DNA of 64,000 nucleotides from Nitrososphaerales archaeon (GTDB lineage: Archaea > Thermoproteota > Nitrososphaeria_A > Caldarchaeales > Wolframiiraptoraceae): the NCBI GenBank assembly GCA_023269855.1, contig JAGDWP010000050.1, positions 8,503 through 72,502 of the forward strand, in the 5' to 3' direction. Shown one piece after another: positions 1 to 9,793 of this stretch. The notes beneath the pieces were generated by a model. The model had not been told where the DNA came from, did no database searches, and saw only the letters and a list, made by a program, of their open reading frames with translations. The position numbers and the translations under genes were made by a program. The first letter of the stretch is position 1. Each line of letters begins with the position of its first letter.

Positions 1-308
1 AGCCGCTCGATCTGAGCATTAAGTATGCTTAGAGAGCTCTCAAGCCTGTTTCGGAAAGCCATTCTAGAATCTTCATCTATAAAATCTTCATTCACTCTAT
101 TCATCTACAACGCTATCCTACCGACCATGATTTTATCTCTTACTCATAGGTGATCCCTCATAGATTCCAAGAAGAATACTCGGAAAATACCGAATACATA
201 TCATCTTATTGGCCACATTGATTCTAGAGATCGGAACTTAGGATGTTATGATTCTAGAAGAGTAATCTCTAAAATAGACTATTATTAGTAGGTATTCTGG
301 GTAGAGTC

Positions 309-2129
309 ATGTGTGGGATAACTGGATGTGTAACTAAGCAGGGAAATGTGGCCAATATACTCTACAATTCACTTAAAAGGCTAGAATATAGAGGGTATGA
401 TTCAGCGGGAGTATCAACAGTGTATCAAAACAACCTTATAGTAAAGAAGGATGCAGGAAAGATAGATGAAATACATTCTCGATTAAATTTTCTAGATCTT
501 CCCGGGAACATTGGGATAGCTCATACGAGGTGGGCGACGCATGGGGCACCTTCGCAGGTTAACGCTCATCCACATCTTGATTGCACCGGAAAGATAGCCG
601 TCGTACATAATGGAGTATTAGAAAACTTTTTAGAGCTAAAACAAGACCTTGAAGCAAGAAAACACATATTCAAATCTAAGACCGATACTGAAGTAATACC
701 CCACCTTATTGAAGAATCCTTGAAGATGGGTAAGAATTTTACAGAAGCTGTATTGGAAGCAGTTAGGAAGCTTAGAGGAAGCTATGCTATAGCAGTATTG
801 TATGCTGGTGAACCAGACAAGATCATTGTTGCGAGAAATGAATCACCTATAGTGATAGGATTGAGTAAAGAAATGAATCTAGTTGCAAGCGATGTTGCAG
901 CAGTAATAGAGTATACGAATAAAGTAGTATTCTTAGAGAACGGGGATCTAGCCGTCGTTACATCAGATAATTTTCAAATATTTAGAATAGATTCGGGAAT
1001 ACCAGTTCAGAGGAAGACTACTGAGCTAAACTGGACTCTTGAAATGGCTGCAAAAGGAGGATACCCCCACTATATGCTTAAAGAAATTTTTGATCAACCT
1101 AATGTATTGAGGGAAGCATTACGAATACAAGATAAATATCTCGACTTATTAACAGAGTTTCTAGATAGAGGGAGGGAAATATTTCTTCTCGCATCTGGAA
1201 CATCACATAACGCATGTATAGTAGGATCATATATGTTCTCAAAACTAGCCAGGCTGACAACTTACCCTGTAATAGCATCTGAATTCATTGAGAACTATGG
1301 TTCATCGATAGGCATAGATACGGTCATTCTTGCATTAAGCCAGTCAGGTGAAACAGCAGATGTCCTAACATCTCTGGAATATGCTAGATATAGGGCTGCT
1401 ACGATAATTGGTATAACGAATGTTCTAGGGTCGACATTGACGAGGATCGCTAGAGCCTACGTTTTACAGAATGCAGGTCCAGAGATAGGGGTAGCAGCTA
1501 CGAAAACATTTACATCCCAATTGATGGTTTTAGCTCTCTTAGCATTAAGGCTTGCACGTAAGAGAGGAAAAGTTTCTCAGTATGAAATAGATGAATTTCA
1601 AGAAGAATTGAGACTCGTCCCACAACTAGTTGAGAAGACTCTTGAACTATCTGATGAACCCATCAAAAAGCTTTCGAAAGAAACTGCAAGATTCTCCAGC
1701 ATGTTCTTCTTGGGGAGAGGATTAAGCTATGCTACGGCCCTTGAAGCAAGATTAAAGATTATGGAGCTAAGCTATATACCATGTATAGCTTATCCTGCAG
1801 GAGAGAGTAAGCATGGACCGATAAGCGTTATAGAAGAAGGCTACCCAGTCTTCTTCATCGCTCCTAACGATGAAACACGTAAACATATAATAGGAAATAT
1901 AATGGAGATGAAAGCCCGGGGTGCAAGAATATACTGTATTGGAGCTGAAGGAGATGAAGAGATTAAGCAGCTTTCAGATTGGTATCTCGGGCTACCATCT
2001 ACTCATCCTCTACTCTCTCCAATAGTGTATGTTATACCATTTCAGCTCCTTGCATATTACACAGCTGTCGAGAAAGGATATGACCCCGATAAGCCTAGAA
2101 ATCTAGCGAAGAGCGTTACAGTTCTCTAG
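309..2129 (+). CDS. glmS: glutamine--fructose-6-phosphate aminotransferase (isomerizing)
   Basis: N-terminal MCGI(T) Cys nucleophile of class-II amidotransferases; two SIS-type sugar isomerase halves; 606 aa typical length. Confidence 0.9.
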   Translation: MCGITGCVTKQGNVANILYNSLKRLEYRGYDSAGVSTVYQNNLIVKKDAGKIDEIHSRLNFLDLPGNIGIAHTRWATHGAPSQVNAHPHLDCTGKIAVVHNGVLENFLELKQDLEARKHIFKSKTDTEVIPHLIEESLKMGKNFTEAVLEAVRKLRGSYAIAVLYAGEPDKIIVARNESPIVIGLSKEMNLVASDVAAVIEYTNKVVFLENGDLAVVTSDNFQIFRIDSGIPVQRKTTELNWTLEMAAKGGYPHYMLKEIFDQPNVLREALRIQDKYLDLLTEFLDRGREIFLLASGTSHNACIVGSYMFSKLARLTTYPVIASEFIENYGSSIGIDTVILALSQSGETADVLTSLEYARYRAATIIGITNVLGSTLTRIARAYVLQNAGPEIGVAATKTFTSQLMVLALLALRLARKRGKVSQYEIDEFQEELRLVPQLVEKTLELSDEPIKKLSKETARFSSMFFLGRGLSYATALEARLKIMELSYIPCIAYPAGESKHGPISVIEEGYPVFFIAPNDETRKHIIGNIMEMKARGARIYCIGAEGDEEIKQLSDWYLGLPSTHPLLSPIVYVIPFQLLAYYTAVEKGYDPDKPRNLAKSVTVL

Positions 2130-3564
2130 CAGTAAAGAAAAGCTTTGTCTCACCCATAGTCTTTACCGGTAAATCTCTTATCTTCACAACTATTGGGAGA
2201 TCGTTGACGACTTTACCGATTACTAGACATCTCCTAGGTGGCAATGCTTTAACAATTCTCTTAACTGTTTCAGCATCTACTCTAGAAGCTTTTGCTAGGT
2301 AGTCTAGGTCTGAGTCATTAGTGAAGTTGAAGAGAAATATATTATCCGCCTGCCGGTAAACTGAGTCAGGGATCATGTCTGGTTGATTCGTAACAAATAT
2401 TGGAAAGATACCTATATGCCTCATCCTCGTTACTAAGTCGTCCCAGTAAGTCTCCCTCAAGTATAGATGAGCTTCTTCAGCTAAGAGGAACAATGGTGGA
2501 CATAGACCATTCTTCAATATCGTAGTGAGCTTACTTAGAATATATTCTACTACAAGCCTCCTCCCATGTGGTAAACTTTTCGAGAGGTCAACGATCAAAG
2601 CACTTCCATCTTCGAATTCATTGAGTAAGTCTTCTAGGCTCCGTTGATTATCATCGTCAAAGAATTCTAAATCTTCTATCGATGATAACCTACTCAGCAA
2701 GGCTTCTCTAACAGATTCATTCATAGGAGCTTTCATTATTGCTTCAATCAATGTTTTAAAAGTTAATTTTCCATACATTTTCTTAACAATATACCATATT
2801 CTACTGAATTCTCTAAGGCTTGCAGATGGAGTATCATAAACATATCTTAGGATATCTAGCATAGTCTTTAAACCCGTGTCTTCTATTGAGACCTTAAAAT
2901 TCTGACCTGGAACAAGTACTATAATCCTGTCAGATAATTCATAATCAAAGCCATCTATTCTTTTTGATAATCCTGCATATTCACCATTTACATCGAAGAT
3001 TAGGACTCTGGCCCCATACTCGACAAGTCCCAACACTAGTAGTTTCGCAAGATGAGATTTCCCCATTTCCTTCTTTCCAGTAATTATTGTTAATCTACCA
3101 TCGATCGATTCCGCATTAATTGTGAACCAATCACCCATACATTCTCCAAGCGGTATAATACGTCGGGCATTGCTCTTAGAAAGCTCATTTATTAGGGAAG
3201 GTGAAGCTTTCTGAATTTTCGAGCAGAATCTTGACGGAAGCCAGAGGACATCATTCCTAAGTTCACCATTAATTAACACCCCTCTGAATTTACTAATTAT
3301 CAGTCTCACCTCTCTCAACTTCGCAATAAGTGATCCAACAGAGAAGGGATCGATCAATGAAGAACTTTTAGCATCTTCCATTGAAAGTTCTCTCAGAGTA
3401 TCCTCAAGTATTCCTGGAAGATTTGCGTACTCTATGTCAATTACTTGGAGCAACAGTTTCCTATTTTCGTCTTCTATTATCAGATAGTCTCCTCGTTCAA
3501 GTAGTTCTTCATCTGGAGAAGCTAGAAGCTCGACTGTATCATTATTCTTGGAGAGTATCTTCAC
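2116..3564 (-). CDS. HerA-like (DUF87/FtsK-like) ATPase
   Basis: Walker A-like GKKEMGKS, HerA-type 'IFDVNGEY' motif; 482 aa; 4-nt overlap with upstream NurA-like gene. Confidence 0.6.
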   Translation of the reverse strand: MKILSKNNDTVELLASPDEELLERGDYLIIEDENRKLLLQVIDIEYANLPGILEDTLRELSMEDAKSSSLIDPFSVGSLIAKLREVRLIISKFRGVLINGELRNDVLWLPSRFCSKIQKASPSLINELSKSNARRIIPLGECMGDWFTINAESIDGRLTIITGKKEMGKSHLAKLLVLGLVEYGARVLIFDVNGEYAGLSKRIDGFDYELSDRIIVLVPGQNFKVSIEDTGLKTMLDILRYVYDTPSASLREFSRIWYIVKKMYGKLTFKTLIEAIMKAPMNESVREALLSRLSSIEDLEFFDDDNQRSLEDLLNEFEDGSALIVDLSKSLPHGRRLVVEYILSKLTTILKNGLCPPLFLLAEEAHLYLRETYWDDLVTRMRHIGIFPIFVTNQPDMIPDSVYRQADNIFLFNFTNDSDLDYLAKASRVDAETVKRIVKALPPRRCLVIGKVVNDLPIVVKIRDLPVKTMGETKLFFTAREL

Positions 3565-4604
3565 TTGTAATCACCGTCGATAGGATGAAATAGGATATCT
3601 CTAATGTATTCAGGGTAGAGTAACTCGACATTCATTTTCTTCAGTATGGACTGCATAATTATAACATCTAACTTAGTGAAAGTTGAGTAATCATGTGCAA
3701 GTATTAGGGTTTCAGGATATCCATAGATTAAGGCATCGCTTTTTAATAATGTACCAAAGACTGAAGACATATCATAACCAACTGGTACATCCACTCTATA
3801 TCCTAGACTCCCAAAACTTAACCGTGCCAGACAAACCCTTCCAAGTGTTCTAACCTCATAACTACGGTAACATTTTAACGCATTTGTTAAATCTATAATG
3901 TATGGAGGATCTTTCCCTATGTAGATTGATTGGAGATATTCTCCCGAAATCTGTAGGAAGCTAGTCTTTGAAAAAGCTAGAATATTGTTTCTATTTCCAC
4001 TGGCAGTCTCAAGTATTTTCTGTAAAGTATTTGTGTAATGGCTGAAGTTGTTAGCTACAAGACACCCATCAAAAAGTATTATTGAGTCAGTAAAACTTTC
4101 TGCAGCATATTCTTGCATTCGTCTCTCCAGCATCTCTGTTAAAGCTCTTTGAGCATTAAGATAGAAGTCGTATCCTGAAGAATATCGTAGAGGTTCTGAG
4201 TATTCCCTTAAAATCTTTTTGAAATTCATCTTGTTGATATAGAATAAGAAAGGACCTAAAGATTGGATAGAAATTGAATTATCTACGTCTTTAACTACTA
4301 TAGCTCCTTTAACCGATATAACCACTCCTTTACTAGATTCAGCTAATCGGATGGAAGAAACATCTAATCCAACTATCTTCTTTCTACTCACAACTTCTCT
4401 AGGCTCATATATTTCGAGAAGATATTCATCTAGAGTAGAATTGGAACCGACATGATTTTCATCTAGATAATCTTTGGCCAAATCCTCCCTTGAACCAGCA
4501 TAAATCGTTAACCCTTCTAAATCAGTAAGAGTTTCTAATCCAGCATTAGAGAAAGCTTTAAGAAACTCTACTTCGATGTTTATTTGGTGTTCAAGATGCT
4601 CCAT
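3561..4604 (-). CDS. NurA-like 5'-3' nuclease
   Basis: NurA-like acidic motifs 'IVGLDVSS' and 'ILFDGCL' plus C-terminal 'AHDYS'; ~347 aa; translationally coupled to HerA-like ATPase. Confidence 0.55.
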   Translation of the reverse strand: MEHLEHQINIEVEFLKAFSNAGLETLTDLEGLTIYAGSREDLAKDYLDENHVGSNSTLDEYLLEIYEPREVVSRKKIVGLDVSSIRLAESSKGVVISVKGAIVVKDVDNSISIQSLGPFLFYINKMNFKKILREYSEPLRYSSGYDFYLNAQRALTEMLERRMQEYAAESFTDSIILFDGCLVANNFSHYTNTLQKILETASGNRNNILAFSKTSFLQISGEYLQSIYIGKDPPYIIDLTNALKCYRSYEVRTLGRVCLARLSFGSLGYRVDVPVGYDMSSVFGTLLKSDALIYGYPETLILAHDYSTFTKLDVIIMQSILKKMNVELLYPEYIRDILFHPIDGDYK

Positions 4605-4675
4605 GCCTCACTCCTCATTATTAATTATTGGGAGAATGTGTTTATAAATGTTGCTCAATTTGAGCATGATGTATC

Positions 4676-5110
4676 ATGACGGAACAAGAAAAAATTAAAA
4701 TAGAAGTAACAATCGGACCAGCCACGGTTAGAATCGAGGCACCGCCAGACAAGGTTGAAGAAGCTGTTAAACAGGTTATTTCAGCTCTTAAAGCTTCACT
4801 ACCCCAATTGAAGATAGAGGAAAAACCAGAAGCTAAAGAAGTAAGAACGAGGAGTCTGCCAACTTGTTCAATATTGATCAAGAACCTAGTCAACGAAGGA
4901 TGGTTTGATAAACCCAGAACATTATCTGAGACAGTGCAAGAATTAGCTAGGAGGGGCTACAACTATGACTCTACAGCTGTTTCCCATTCACTGCTCGACT
5001 TAGTCAGAGAAAGAATCTTGACTAGAGAAGGCTCTCCTAGAAGATACATCTACTATAGAACTGAGCAGACAACCGGAGCAACCTACGAAGTGAAATCTTC
5101 TGAATTATGA
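4676..5110 (+). CDS. hypothetical protein, possible winged-helix DNA-binding C-terminus
   Basis: 144-aa ORF divergently arranged (72 bp) from nurA-herA pair; C-terminal basic/helical segment; no recognisable catalytic motif. Confidence 0.4.
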   Translation: MTEQEKIKIEVTIGPATVRIEAPPDKVEEAVKQVISALKASLPQLKIEEKPEAKEVRTRSLPTCSILIKNLVNEGWFDKPRTLSETVQELARRGYNYDSTAVSHSLLDLVRERILTREGSPRRYIYYRTEQTTGATYEVKSSEL

Positions 5111-5243
5111 AATATCAGTAACATTGCAAGTTAAGTAATTTTAAACCTTGCCAATTCTGACTCCATTATTAGAATATGTCAGTATAGGAGTCTATTCAAT
5201 TATAAAACTCAAATTGTAGGTGCTTCAGATTTAGTATAGATGG

Positions 5244-5798
5244 TTGAATATGAATAGTAAAGAGGTACTTGACCAGCCTGTCTCTAAGTATATTATAAGA
5301 GATTTCATTGTAGTCGATGCAGATAAGAGTGTTGTTGAAGCTGCAAGATTAATGAGAGAGAAAGGATTAGAGTGTATCATAGTTGTAGAGAATGGGAAAC
5401 CGGTAGGTATGCTTACTCTCAGAGATATTGTTTATAGAGTTGTTGCAGAAAAAAGAGAACCATTAAAAACTAAGTTAGGAGAGATATCTTCAAGACCCTT
5501 AATAACTGTAGACCCGAAGACTAAAGTGAGTGAGGCAATAAAACTAATGTTAGAGAATGATATTAGAAGATTACCTGTCTTAGATTCGGGTAAAATCATA
5601 GGCATATTAGTTCTCAGAGCTGTAGTCGGAAACATATTGGAGAAGAATATTCTACTTGCAGACTTGGAAGTACCTGAAGGTGTAAGCTGCCCATATTGTG
5701 GCTCCATCTTCAAGAACCGTGAAGAATTATCAAAACATATTGATAGAGTACACATAGGTGCTGGAATATTAGAAGGAGCTGCTAAAAGGAGACACTAG
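5244..5798 (+). CDS. CBS-domain pair protein with C-terminal C2H2 zinc finger
   Basis: Two CBS repeats (…ITVDP… / …RRLPV…) followed by CPYCGSIFKNREELSKHIDRVH (C2H2). Confidence 0.75.
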   Translation: MNMNSKEVLDQPVSKYIIRDFIVVDADKSVVEAARLMREKGLECIIVVENGKPVGMLTLRDIVYRVVAEKREPLKTKLGEISSRPLITVDPKTKVSEAIKLMLENDIRRLPVLDSGKIIGILVLRAVVGNILEKNILLADLEVPEGVSCPYCGSIFKNREELSKHIDRVHIGAGILEGAAKRRH

Positions 5799-5891
5799 AA
5801 AAGAGATTATTACATTGAATAACAATCATCTACCATTTCCCTCCATGCTACTTACATAGTCAAATATATTTCTGTCTTAATCAATTAACTA

Positions 5892-6806
5892 GTGGATAAG
5901 ATGAGCCTTAGAATATCTTTTATTGGACACCTAACTATTGATGAGATAGAATATGCAGACAATGTAATAAGAGTTTCACCAGGCGGCACAGCATTCTATT
6001 CATCCCTAACAGCTACTCAATTAGGATGCAATAGTCGAGTATATTCTGTAATAGGGGAAGACTATCCCGAAGAATATCTTGAAACCCTCTCAGCGAATGG
6101 GGTAAACATTGCAAAGATAGTTAGAAGGAATGAGAGCAAGTCCACGAGATATAGAATAATATACAGAGATGGAAAAAGAGAGATGTTTCTTTTAGAGAAA
6201 GCGCCTACTATTGAAGTTGGAGAGATAGAAGACCTTGATGCAGTATATCTTGGACCAGTAGCTCAGGAGGTTACAATAGATGATGTTAAGAAGATTATTA
6301 GAAATTTCAGAACTGCTATAGATCCTCAAGGCATACTCAGAGTATTCGATGAAAAAGGAAGAGTAGCACTAGAAAAAAGTCTTGATCTCAGCATGCTTGG
6401 AAAAGCATGGATTCTTAGGCTTTCCTATGAAGAAGCAGTAACTTTAACAGATATGATTAACCCTGTCCAAGTAATCGAGAAGTTATTAAATGCAGGCATA
6501 GAGAATATTGTCTTAAGCATGGGATCGAAAGGATTGATAACAGCAAATGATAAAGTGAAATACTTTATCCCAGCCTATTCTGAGTCCAATGTTGTAGACC
6601 CGACTGGGGCTGGAGATGTTTTAGGTGGAGCTTTTCTCGTCGAACTTCTTTCCAGCGGAGATCTTCTTTGGGCTTCCTGTATTGGAGCTTCAGCAGCTTC
6701 TATATCAATAGAAGACTATGCCGCGAATTCCATATTATCCAAGGATTTCAAAAAGAAGCTTGTTACGAGAGCATACGAAGTAATGGATAGAATAAGGAGG
6801 ATTTAG
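5892..6806 (+). CDS. PfkB-family carbohydrate kinase (ribokinase-like)
   Basis: C-terminal 'VVDPTGAGDVLGGAF' PfkB signature; 304 aa. Confidence 0.75.
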   Translation: MDKMSLRISFIGHLTIDEIEYADNVIRVSPGGTAFYSSLTATQLGCNSRVYSVIGEDYPEEYLETLSANGVNIAKIVRRNESKSTRYRIIYRDGKREMFLLEKAPTIEVGEIEDLDAVYLGPVAQEVTIDDVKKIIRNFRTAIDPQGILRVFDEKGRVALEKSLDLSMLGKAWILRLSYEEAVTLTDMINPVQVIEKLLNAGIENIVLSMGSKGLITANDKVKYFIPAYSESNVVDPTGAGDVLGGAFLVELLSSGDLLWASCIGASAASISIEDYAANSILSKDFKKKLVTRAYEVMDRIRRI

Positions 6807-6842
6807 ATTTATCTACAAGGATTCTTAGATTATTGTTGGAGA

Positions 6843-7292
6843 ATGAAGTCTGATAGAATTATATATAAGCCAGGTGTCTACAGTAGGGAGGATATTGACT
6901 TTAACGCTCTTTTCAAGCAGTTTCTAGACACAGATTTCGATAATGAAGTAGGTGCACTTGCAATTTTCATAGGCAAAGTGAAGAGCTCAAGTAGAGAAGG
7001 AGTCAGAGTCTCATATCTAGAGATTGAAACCTATAAAGAACATGCTGACAAGACTCTAGAGAAAATCTGTAGAGAAGTAAAGGAGAAGCATGGTTTAGCT
7101 TATGCTGGTATATGGCACTTAATTGGAAGATTCAGTATTGGTGAACCATTAGTAATGGTTATCGCCGCAGGGAGGAGCAGACAGGAAGTTTTTAGAGCAT
7201 TACCTGAATTAGTTGAAAGATATAAGAAGGAGCCCGCTCTCTTCAAAAGAGAAGTTTACGTTAATGGAAGTTATAGATGGTTAGAAGAGTGA
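6843..7292 (+). CDS. moaE: molybdopterin synthase catalytic subunit MoaE
   Basis: MoaE-like pattern 'ALAIFIGKVK…VSYLE…HLIGRFSIGEPLVMV'; convergent with MoaD-like gene. Confidence 0.6.
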   Translation: MKSDRIIYKPGVYSREDIDFNALFKQFLDTDFDNEVGALAIFIGKVKSSSREGVRVSYLEIETYKEHADKTLEKICREVKEKHGLAYAGIWHLIGRFSIGEPLVMVIAAGRSRQEVFRALPELVERYKKEPALFKREVYVNGSYRWLEE

Positions 7293-7586
7293 ACCTCCAG
7301 ATATCGGTGGAATTATTACTAGTTCATCTCCATCTTTAAGAATAGTTTCTCCATACTTAGCTCGAGGGATTACATCACCATTTAAAGCAACATTTATCCC
7401 ATCTCTAAGTTCGCCCGCCGAGTTTAGAAGATACTTCCTTAAACCACCATACCTTTTAAACAATTCATCTAGAAACTCGTAAATAGTTGAGTTCAAGGGA
7501 AGATCAATCTCCTCTTCTACCTTTTTAGTTTCCTCCCTTATGAATGCAAGATACCTAGTCTTAATCTTAGGCATACTACATACCAA
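7281..7586 (-). CDS. MoaD/ThiS-like ubiquitin-fold sulfur carrier (SAMP-like) with 3-residue tail after GG
   Basis: '…LKDGDELVIIPPISGG' MoaD C-terminal signature followed by SLF before stop; likely start at internal Met (MPKIK…). Confidence 0.65.
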   Translation of the reverse strand: MVCSMPKIKTRYLAFIREETKKVEEEIDLPLNSTIYEFLDELFKRYGGLRKYLLNSAGELRDGINVALNGDVIPRAKYGETILKDGDELVIIPPISGGSLF

Positions 7587-7730
7587 TCTTTAACAATAAA
7601 CCCATCAATATTAATGTTCTCCTAACTCACTTTAAGATGTTACACATTTTTCTTAGAATTCAAAGTCTAGAAGCAGTTTGAATGTAACGATAGCGTGTGG
7701 ACAACGGCAAACTTATCCAGGATATAGTCA

Positions 7731-8645
7731 TTAATAGAATATTGATGATTGAAGATAATTAATTATTTCACCTAGGATTATTAAGATTCCGAAATTGAAA
7801 GCTAAATGTGCCGTAAGGGGATCAGCTGCTTCAGGTACTCTTTCATAAAATGTTTTAACTAATCTATATGCTTTAGGAAGAGTCAAGAATGCTATCAATG
7901 TATAAGCTGAATATATTCGGAAGATGACGAGAAAGATTAGTGAAAGATATATGGAGAGTAGAAAATACTTGTAGAATGAGAGAGCCCTCCTCTTACCGAG
8001 TATTACGGCTAATGTTTTAACTCTCGCTGCCTTATCGTATTCTATATCTCTGAGATTGTTAGCGAATAATACTAGTGCAACATACATTCCGATGGGGATA
8101 GATGCATACATTGGAGATAGATGAAGGTTACCTGTTAAGACATAATATGTCCCTGTAGTCATCAATGGTCCCCAAACTATGAATGCAGACAGCTCCCCTA
8201 TTGGTTGATGCTTAAACTTGAAGGGTTCACCACTATAAGCATAGGTGAAGAATAATCCGATAGCTGTGAAGATTGGAACTATCCAACCTCTAATAAAAGT
8301 GAGATAGACTGTAATCGAGACCACAATTACGTAAAAGAATAGGATCTCATTGAGAAATGTGGATACACTTATCTCCTTCGTTAATAGGTAGTGCCTCCTA
8401 TACTTAGCAGTGGGTGAAGAAAAGCTATCAACCCCGTATCTAACATCAAGTAAGTCGTTAACCATATTAGCGGCTGCATGGAAAGCTAATAACCCTACAA
8501 GAACTATAGGAAACAAGATAATATCATAGTTTATTGTTTGGAGAGCGAAGAGTAGGCCAATAGTAGAAGATACTATAGTCATTATGAAGGACCAGGGGCG
8601 AGTTGCGAGAAATAATATTCGTAGATTCATTCTATCGTCACCCAT
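7731..8645 (-). CDS. UbiA-family prenyltransferase (membrane)
   Basis: Multiple TM helices; 'NMVNDLLDVRYGVD' resembles UbiA NDxxDxxxD motif. Confidence 0.6.
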   Translation of the reverse strand: MGDDRMNLRILFLATRPWSFIMTIVSSTIGLLFALQTINYDIILFPIVLVGLLAFHAAANMVNDLLDVRYGVDSFSSPTAKYRRHYLLTKEISVSTFLNEILFFYVIVVSITVYLTFIRGWIVPIFTAIGLFFTYAYSGEPFKFKHQPIGELSAFIVWGPLMTTGTYYVLTGNLHLSPMYASIPIGMYVALVLFANNLRDIEYDKAARVKTLAVILGKRRALSFYKYFLLSIYLSLIFLVIFRIYSAYTLIAFLTLPKAYRLVKTFYERVPEAADPLTAHLAFNFGILIILGEIINYLQSSIFY

Positions 8646-8689
8646 TGCCTTCCACGGTTACATATAAACGTCAACATTGAATATTCTAC

Positions 8690-9793
8690 CTATTGTTTCA
8701 TTCTGTGGGGTACTATTGGTTTTAAGGTTATCTCGATCTCTTTATGTTTTTCTCTAAATCTAATTTTCAGTCTTTCTTCTTCATTAGCATATTCTCGCTT
8801 AACATATCCTAAACCTATACCAATTCCCAATGTAAATGAGAATCCTCCACTAGTAACGGTTCCTATAACTTCATAATTCATGTTAGTGATTGCGTAACCC
8901 CTTCTTGGGATACCTCTTTCAAGACACTTAAAACCTACTAATAGTCTCTCAATCTCACCTGTCTCCAATATTTTCTCTATGGCTTCTTTCCCCACAAAAT
9001 ATTCTTTCGCTAGATCTATTGCAAAATCAAGTCTAGCTTCTATAGGGTTTGTTTCTTCATTGATATCGTATCCGTAAAGGGGATATCCTGCTTCAAGCCT
9101 CAAACTATCTCTAGAAGCTAACCCACATGGAAAGACACCAAGCGTAATTATTTTTTCCCATATTTTTCTAAGCTTTTCTGCATCCCATGTCCAAAACATG
9201 AATTCGTAACCATTTTCACCTGTATAGCCACTCCTCGTTATCAATGTATTTACACCATGAATTTCTGTTTCGAACCCTGCGAACCACTTTAACATGCTCA
9301 AGTCTTTCCCACTAAACTTAGAAGCATATTCAAGAGATCTCGGTCCCTGGATAGCGTATAAGCATGTTTGAAAAGTTAAGTCTTCTATCTCTACATCAAG
9401 TTTTTCAGATTTCTCTTTTAGCTCTGCTAACACTCTATCATGTGTAATAGCGTTTGAAACGATTATGAAATAATTTTGTTTTTCGGAATGCTTGAAAACT
9501 GTTAAATCATCTATTATTCCACCTTTCTCATTACACATTAAACAATACTTCATCTTTCCAGGTTTCAATTTCTCAACGTCTATTGTTAAAACATTTTGTA
9601 ACAAAATAGGAGCTTGATTACCTTTGACCGCTATCCTAGTCATATGAGTTATGTCGAATAATCCTGCGCTTGATCTAACTACAGTATGTTCTTCTCTATT
9701 GCTCGTAAACCATAGAGGTGTTCTCCATCCTGCGAATTCTCCTATTTCAGCATTCATGCCTATGTAATGAGATAGCAGTGGAGGCTCCTTCAT
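8690..9793 (-). CDS. gcvT: glycine cleavage system T protein (aminomethyltransferase)
   Basis: 'GYTGENGYEF' GcvT signature; operon with gcvPB/gcvPA. Confidence 0.85.
   Translation of the reverse strand: MKEPPLLSHYIGMNAEIGEFAGWRTPLWFTSNREEHTVVRSSAGLFDITHMTRIAVKGNQAPILLQNVLTIDVEKLKPGKMKYCLMCNEKGGIIDDLTVFKHSEKQNYFIIVSNAITHDRVLAELKEKSEKLDVEIEDLTFQTCLYAIQGPRSLEYASKFSGKDLSMLKWFAGFETEIHGVNTLITRSGYTGENGYEFMFWTWDAEKLRKIWEKIITLGVFPCGLASRDSLRLEAGYPLYGYDINEETNPIEARLDFAIDLAKEYFVGKEAIEKILETGEIERLLVGFKCLERGIPRRGYAITNMNYEVIGTVTSGGFSFTLGIGIGLGYVKREYANEEERLKIRFREKHKEIEITLKPIVPHRMKQ

Noticed and set aside
3381-3593. 70-aa plus-strand ORF spanning the herA/nurA junction
   Set aside because: Antisense to two coupled, motif-supported genes.
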